20,948 bases of DNA from Calditrichaceae bacterium (GTDB lineage Bacteria; Calditrichota; Calditrichia; Calditrichales; JBFXGD01): the NCBI GenBank assembly GCA_050178385.1, contig JBFXGD010000054.1, positions 1 through 20,948 of the forward strand. Reading direction: 5' to 3'. The notes under the pieces were generated by a model. The model made no database searches. It had not been told where the DNA came from and saw only the letters and a list, made by a program, of their open reading frames with translations. Within the stretch, counting starts at the first letter, position 1, and every line of letters begins with the position of its first letter. This document shows, one piece after another, positions 16,038-20,948 of this stretch. The position numbers and the translations under genes are program-made.

Positions 16038-18398
16038 GTGCTTATAGAAATTCCGCGGAAATTCCTGATAACTTCGATTTTATTCATGCTCCCCTGTTTA
16101 CTTCACGCGCAGAACGGATTTGGCAGCATAACAGGCATAATCACAGACAGTGAAAATATACCTGTACCGAACGCTTATATAACAATTTCAAGATCAGCGG
16201 CGACTCTAATTTCGGACAATGAAGGAAGATTTGCATTTGAGTCTCTAAATCCCGGAAAATATGATTTAAAAATCTCGCATATCGGTTATCAGCTCAAAAT
16301 TATTAAGGACATTTTAGTCTCAGAAAATTCGGGAGTAACGCTTGACCAGATTCGGCTAAAGGAGCAGATGTTTGAGACTGAAGCAGCTGTTATAACCGCC
16401 ACCAGATCCCGACAGGAAACCTATGAACTTTCTACCCCTGTTAATTCAGTCAGCGCGATAAAAATACTTGAAAGAAATTCGAAAACAACCGCCGAAGCGT
16501 TGCGCGAAGAAAATGGCATTTTTGTCCAAAAAACAAATCATGGGGGCGGCTCGGCGATAATAAGGGGATTCGGCTCAAATCGGATTCTCATCCTGGTGGA
16601 CGGTATAAGGCTAAATAATTCAACATACAGATTAGGCAATCATCAGTATTTGACAACGGTTGACAATCAGAATCTGGAAAAAATTGAAGTCGTTCGCGGA
16701 CCATCATCTGTGCTTTACGGAAGTGATGCCCTCGGAGGGACAATCAATCTAATGACAAAAGAACCCGGTTTGACCGATACCGAAAAATCCTTTATTTATT
16801 CGCTGACCGGCCGTTATTCATCTGCGGATGAGGAGCGTTTACTCAGAGGCAGTATTTCCTACCGGACTGAGAAATTCGCTTTCAGCGGCGGCTATACTCT
16901 AAAGGACTACGATGATCTGCGGAGAGGCAGCAACAGCAGTAATATCCAACTCGAGAATTCAACTAGCGGTCTCTTGCAGTCGCCCAGCGGTTACGCCGCT
17001 CAGGATATGGACGCAAAATTGATATTTTCCCCGGGTTCCGCGGGACGGTTTATTCTATCATATCAATTGTCAAATCAGGATGATGTTCCGCGCTATGATA
17101 AGTACGAAAATGATGGTTATTCAAAATGGCTCTATGAACCGCAAAAACGCAGCCTTATTTACTTTATGTATGAGAACAAACCGCGCGGTAAATATATAAA
17201 CGAGATTAAATCAACTGTTTCATTTCAGAAACAGGAAGAAGGACGAAAGACTCAAAAAACAGGATCATCTTTTTTGACAATCGAATCCGATGATGTAGAA
17301 ACACTCGGTCTAAATCTGCAGATAAATTCAGCACATACACGCCATCTGCTTACCGCCGGTACAGATATCTACCATGATTACATAGACAGCAGGAGAAGAG
17401 TTTACGATGAGCTTACCGGAATTTCTGAATACGACCGAAGCGGGCGTTACCCGGACGGAGCGGTTTACGACAGCTATGGATTCTATGTACAGGATGAAAC
17501 AACTGTTTCTAAACGATTTAGCACTACTCTTGGGGTCAGATACAATTTCTCCCATACAAATTTTTTAATTATGCAGAACACCTCGGCTGATTCCGGATCA
17601 AACAGATTCGCACAAGATTTTCATTCTGTCACCGGCAGTATTGGAGGAGTTTATAAGCTTACCGGTAGTATTAACATCACCGCCCACGCCGGCCAGGCTT
17701 TTCGCGCGCCAAATTTAAGTGATCTTTCAAAACTTGGCGAATCAAAAGGAAATACGTATGAAGTACCAAATCCGGATTTGGATGCTGAAAAAATATGGAG
17801 TTATGATCTGGGTCTGAGAATTCATACAGACAGACTGATGGCTGGATTAGACGCCTATTATTCTGATATTGCTGACCTGATTGCCAGCGCGGACGCAACG
17901 TATAATGGCCTGTCTTATATTGTGAAAAACAATACTGAGTATCAAGTCAAATCAAAACAGAATATCGGCAAAGCCTATATTTTGGGAATTGAAGCAAGCG
18001 GGGATTATTTTATTGCTCAAAATTTGAATCTGCGGGGGAATATTACCGCTACCCGGGGACAAAACAAAACGCTGGATGAACCCGTTGGCGGAATTCCGCC
18101 TGTATTCGGTTTGTTAGGATTCAAGTGGACTTATGAGAGCGGATATGCCGATTTCTATTTCCGTTTTGCTGACAAACAGAACCGGCTTTCTTCAGATGAT
18201 AAAGACGATCCACGCATACCGGCAGGCGGCACTCCGGGATGGAGGACGTACAACATCAGAGTGGGGTACACATACTCCAAAAATGTTGAAATTCGCCTGG
18301 CCATGGAAAATATAACAGATGTAAATTACAGGGAACACGGATCCGGGATAAACGGTCCGGGAAGAAATCTGATTGCCGGTTTTACGCTCAGACATTGA
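16038..18398 (+). CDS. TonB-dependent receptor with N-terminal CarboxypepD_reg-like domain
   Basis: Signal peptide ending LHA/Q. VITATR TonB-box-like segment, plug motifs IRGFGSNRILILVDGIR and IEVVRGPSSVLYGSDALGGTIN, FRAP...NPDL, ENITDVNY near the C-terminus. Confidence 0.95.
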   Translation: MLIEIPRKFLITSILFMLPCLLHAQNGFGSITGIITDSENIPVPNAYITISRSAATLISDNEGRFAFESLNPGKYDLKISHIGYQLKIIKDILVSENSGVTLDQIRLKEQMFETEAAVITATRSRQETYELSTPVNSVSAIKILERNSKTTAEALREENGIFVQKTNHGGGSAIIRGFGSNRILILVDGIRLNNSTYRLGNHQYLTTVDNQNLEKIEVVRGPSSVLYGSDALGGTINLMTKEPGLTDTEKSFIYSLTGRYSSADEERLLRGSISYRTEKFAFSGGYTLKDYDDLRRGSNSSNIQLENSTSGLLQSPSGYAAQDMDAKLIFSPGSAGRFILSYQLSNQDDVPRYDKYENDGYSKWLYEPQKRSLIYFMYENKPRGKYINEIKSTVSFQKQEEGRKTQKTGSSFLTIESDDVETLGLNLQINSAHTRHLLTAGTDIYHDYIDSRRRVYDELTGISEYDRSGRYPDGAVYDSYGFYVQDETTVSKRFSTTLGVRYNFSHTNFLIMQNTSADSGSNRFAQDFHSVTGSIGGVYKLTGSINITAHAGQAFRAPNLSDLSKLGESKGNTYEVPNPDLDAEKIWSYDLGLRIHTDRLMAGLDAYYSDIADLIASADATYNGLSYIVKNNTEYQVKSKQNIGKAYILGIEASGDYFIAQNLNLRGNITATRGQNKTLDEPVGGIPPVFGLLGFKWTYESGYADFYFRFADKQNRLSSDDKDDPRIPAGGTPGWRTYNIRVGYTYSKNVEIRLAMENITDVNYREHGSGINGPGRNLIAGFTLRH

Positions 18399-18455
18399 TT
18401 TTTAAAGTATTTTTTAAACATCAGCAGTTTGATATACACATTCCGGGCGTGTCTT

Positions 18456-19787
18456 TTATTCCATCAAAGCAGATTTATAAACATCCAGGGCTCTATTTCG
18501 CGCGTACGGATGTTCAATTATCGGTTTAGGGTAATCAGCAGTTTCGAATTCAGGAATCCATTTTCTAATATATTTAAGCCCGGCATCAAACTTTTTTGCC
18601 TGGATTATAGGATTAAAAATTCTGAAATAAGGCGCCGCGTCGCATCCGCATCCGGCTGCCCACTGCCAGTTGCCATTATTGGCCGCAAGATCAAAGTCGA
18701 GCAATTTTTCAGCAAAATATCTCTCCCCTTTTCTCCAGTCTATAAGTAAATGTTTTGTGAGAAAACCCGCCGTGATCATACGAACACGATTATGCATGAA
18801 ACCGGTCTGATTCAGTTCCCGCATCCCGGCGTCAACGATCGGGTAGCCGGTTTTGCCCGCGCGCCAGCGCTCAAATCCTTCCGGATCGTCACGCCATGGA
18901 ATATTTGTATATTTATCTCTGAAAGGAGCATTAATCACTTTTGGAAAATGCCATAAAATCATCATAAAAAATTCCCGCCAGATAAGTTCTCCTAACCAGG
19001 TCTCATTAAGCTCAAGAGCTCTTTTTACCAGATACCGGATGCTTATCGTACCAAATCTCAAATGCACGCTCAGCCTCGATGTTCCATTGATGCCGGGAAA
19101 ATCTCTTTTGCTCTCGTAATCCGCAATAATTTCATCAATGATGATTTTTTCCGGATAGGTAAATCCGGATTTTACAAAACCCAATTGGCTTAGATCCGGA
19201 ATTTTGTCCGCTCTCATAACGCGGAAATGATCTATTAGCTGATCGGATGGATATTCCGTGAGATCTTTGATGCTTAAGCGATTTTCCCATTTTTTTCGAT
19301 ATGGAGTATAGATCGAGTATGGATGACCATTCTCACGGACAATCTCCTTCTTTTCGAAAATAACCTGATCTTTAAAAGTATGAGAGTCAATACCGTTTTC
19401 CTTGAGAAGCGTCTTTATATTACCATCACGGCTGATTGCATACGGTTCATAATCGTGATTCATATAAACTGATTTTATCCGGAATTTTTTTATCAGTTTT
19501 CGCCATACCGATTCAGGGCTTCCATGTAAAATCAACATACTTCGTCCTGATAATGCAAGTTTTGACTGCATATCCATAAGAGAATCGTGTATAAATTCCA
19601 CGCGCCGGTCATTCCTGTCATTTAGCTGATTAAGTATTTCGGTATCAAAGATGAATACAGGGATAACGGGTAAACCGGACTCCAGGCAGTGGTACAAACC
19701 CGCATTGTCATTCAACCGTAAATCCCGGCGAAACCAGAAAATATTGACAATCTCGCTGTTTTCTGATTCATTTTTTTGATTATTGAT
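18456..19787 (-). CDS. phrB: Deoxyribodipyrimidine (CPD) photolyase, class I-like
   Basis: IFWFRRDLRLNDNAGL, TSRLSVHLRFGTIS, ELIWREFF, TGYPIVDAGMREL..TGFMHNRVRM, DFDLAANNGNWQWAAG, PYFRIFNP. The conserved N-terminus lies upstream of the ORF-track TTG (19715). The start codon is uncertain (see findings). Confidence 0.92.
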   Translation of the reverse strand: MNNQKNESENSEIVNIFWFRRDLRLNDNAGLYHCLESGLPVIPVFIFDTEILNQLNDRNDRRVEFIHDSLMDMQSKLALSGRSMLILHGSPESVWRKLIKKFRIKSVYMNHDYEPYAISRDGNIKTLLKENGIDSHTFKDQVIFEKKEIVRENGHPYSIYTPYRKKWENRLSIKDLTEYPSDQLIDHFRVMRADKIPDLSQLGFVKSGFTYPEKIIIDEIIADYESKRDFPGINGTSRLSVHLRFGTISIRYLVKRALELNETWLGELIWREFFMMILWHFPKVINAPFRDKYTNIPWRDDPEGFERWRAGKTGYPIVDAGMRELNQTGFMHNRVRMITAGFLTKHLLIDWRKGERYFAEKLLDFDLAANNGNWQWAAGCGCDAAPYFRIFNPIIQAKKFDAGLKYIRKWIPEFETADYPKPIIEHPYARNRALDVYKSALME

Positions 19788-19846
19788 AGTTGTCTCCTGA
19801 TGGAAAAAGGTACTTTATCAGTTTGTCCAATTATTTTCAATATAAT

Positions 19847-20296
19847 TCAAAGTAAACTGACCAGCTGCTTTGTCCTGTATTCAAATATTTTTTCAATATT
19901 CTTTTTGACAAAAAAATACCGGACCGGAGCGCTTAGCGAACCGAAAGGCAGAGCATACTTAACTTCATCCTTCATTATTGTTTTATTTCCATGTTTTTCA
20001 AATCGATGCGTATGAATCCACTCTTTGTACGGTCCTTTGAGTTGGATATCGACAAAATAATCCGGCGGGTTCCATTCAAAAATTTTTGTCCGCCAGTGAA
20101 ATGGTATTCCGAACAATTTTAACTGGTAGTCAATTAACGCGTCCGCTTTCATTTCGATCGGAAGTTTAGAGATAATTTTAAAATGCAGCCATGGTGGGGT
20201 TAGTTCCTGTAAATTAGCCGCGTCGCTGAAAAACGCAAAAACGGTTTCTAAAGGTTTTTCGATGATGGTCTCAGTTATAAATTTATGATATTTCAT
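19847..20296 (-). CDS. SRPBCC (START-like/cyclase) family protein
   Basis: PLETVFAFFSDAANLQELTPPWL, FVDIQLKGPYKEWIHTHRF, MKDEVKYALPFG, IFEYR. Confidence 0.88.
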   Translation of the reverse strand: MKYHKFITETIIEKPLETVFAFFSDAANLQELTPPWLHFKIISKLPIEMKADALIDYQLKLFGIPFHWRTKIFEWNPPDYFVDIQLKGPYKEWIHTHRFEKHGNKTIMKDEVKYALPFGSLSAPVRYFFVKKNIEKIFEYRTKQLVSLL

Positions 20297-20361
20297 GAAT
20301 GATTATTCCCGTCTTATTCACATGGTGAATAAATTTAATTGTCTGTTTATGAGAATCGACT

Positions 20362-20946
20362 TTATACTGAACTTCTCAGCATTAATTCTTTTGGATAAGG
20401 ATTCAAATAAATCTGGCTTTTAATCCAGGGCACAGGGTACCTGTTTAAGTGATGATTTATCAATGTGAGGGGAACGACCAGGGGTACATATTTCTGACGA
20501 TATTCGTCAATTATTGAAGCAAGTTCCCAGCGGTCAGGAGAAGATAGAACTTTTTTGAAATATCCGGCCATGTGATACAATACGTTTGTATGATTTTTCA
20601 CGCTGGCGATTGTATTCATAACAGACATAAACAGATGAAGATATTGTTCAAGCCTCGCTTTTGCGCCTTCATTGCCTGCCTGAGAAACGATCTTGCCCAA
20701 TTTACTTAAACCAGCCGGGCTGTGGGCGAGAAGCATCAATTTATGTCTCGCGTGAAAACTAATGAAGTCTGAAGCATAGGGATTAGTTTCCAAAAACTTT
20801 TGCAAACGGTAATATGTGAATACTCTTTCCAAAAAATTTTCACTAAGGGTCATATCATTCAAACGTCCCTCTTCTTCAACCGGCAATAGCGGATTGGATT
20901 CCATCAATCTTTTTGCGAATAAACCGGTTCCGTTGTTTAAAGGTAT
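20362..20946 (-). CDS. ybgA: DUF523/DUF1722 (YbgA-like) protein, 5' end outside the window
   Basis: Frame is open to the window edge (..GTGLFAKRLMESNPLLPVEEEGRLND). FHARHKLMLLAHS, HTNVLYHMAGYFK, PLVVPLTLINHH, QIYLNPYP. Upstream of the photolyase, as in E. coli ybgA-phr. Confidence 0.9.
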   Translation of the reverse strand: MPLNNGTGLFAKRLMESNPLLPVEEEGRLNDMTLSENFLERVFTYYRLQKFLETNPYASDFISFHARHKLMLLAHSPAGLSKLGKIVSQAGNEGAKARLEQYLHLFMSVMNTIASVKNHTNVLYHMAGYFKKVLSSPDRWELASIIDEYRQKYVPLVVPLTLINHHLNRYPVPWIKSQIYLNPYPKELMLRSSV

Positions 20947-20948
20947 AT

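Overview
Bacterial chromosomal window, roughly 40-45% GC by eye. Gene content and protein styles suggest a diderm FCB-group organism such as Calditrichota or Ignavibacteria; this is inference only. From left to right: a tripartite RND efflux operon (MFP truncated at the window edge, AcrB-family permease, TolC); a YgiQ-family radical SAM gene; two uncharacterised envelope genes (an acidic lipoprotein with a Tyr/Trp-rich segment and a probable outer-membrane beta-barrel); a short, possibly truncated lipoprotein; a CarboxypepD_reg/DUF5686-like outer-membrane protein; slyD; a membrane GGDEF diguanylate cyclase; a cold-shock protein; a TonB-dependent receptor; and a minus-strand DUF523/DUF1722 (YbgA-like), SRPBCC and CPD photolyase cluster. 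No mobile element, CRISPR array, tRNA or rRNA was seen. The best leads are: (1) the photolyase has no canonical in-frame start before its conserved N-terminus, but has an ATC at good spacing from an AGGAG; (2) the lipoprotein plus beta-barrel pair; (3) operator-like palindromes; (4) apparent over-representation of CCGG/TCCGGA. No novel system can be proven from sequence alone.
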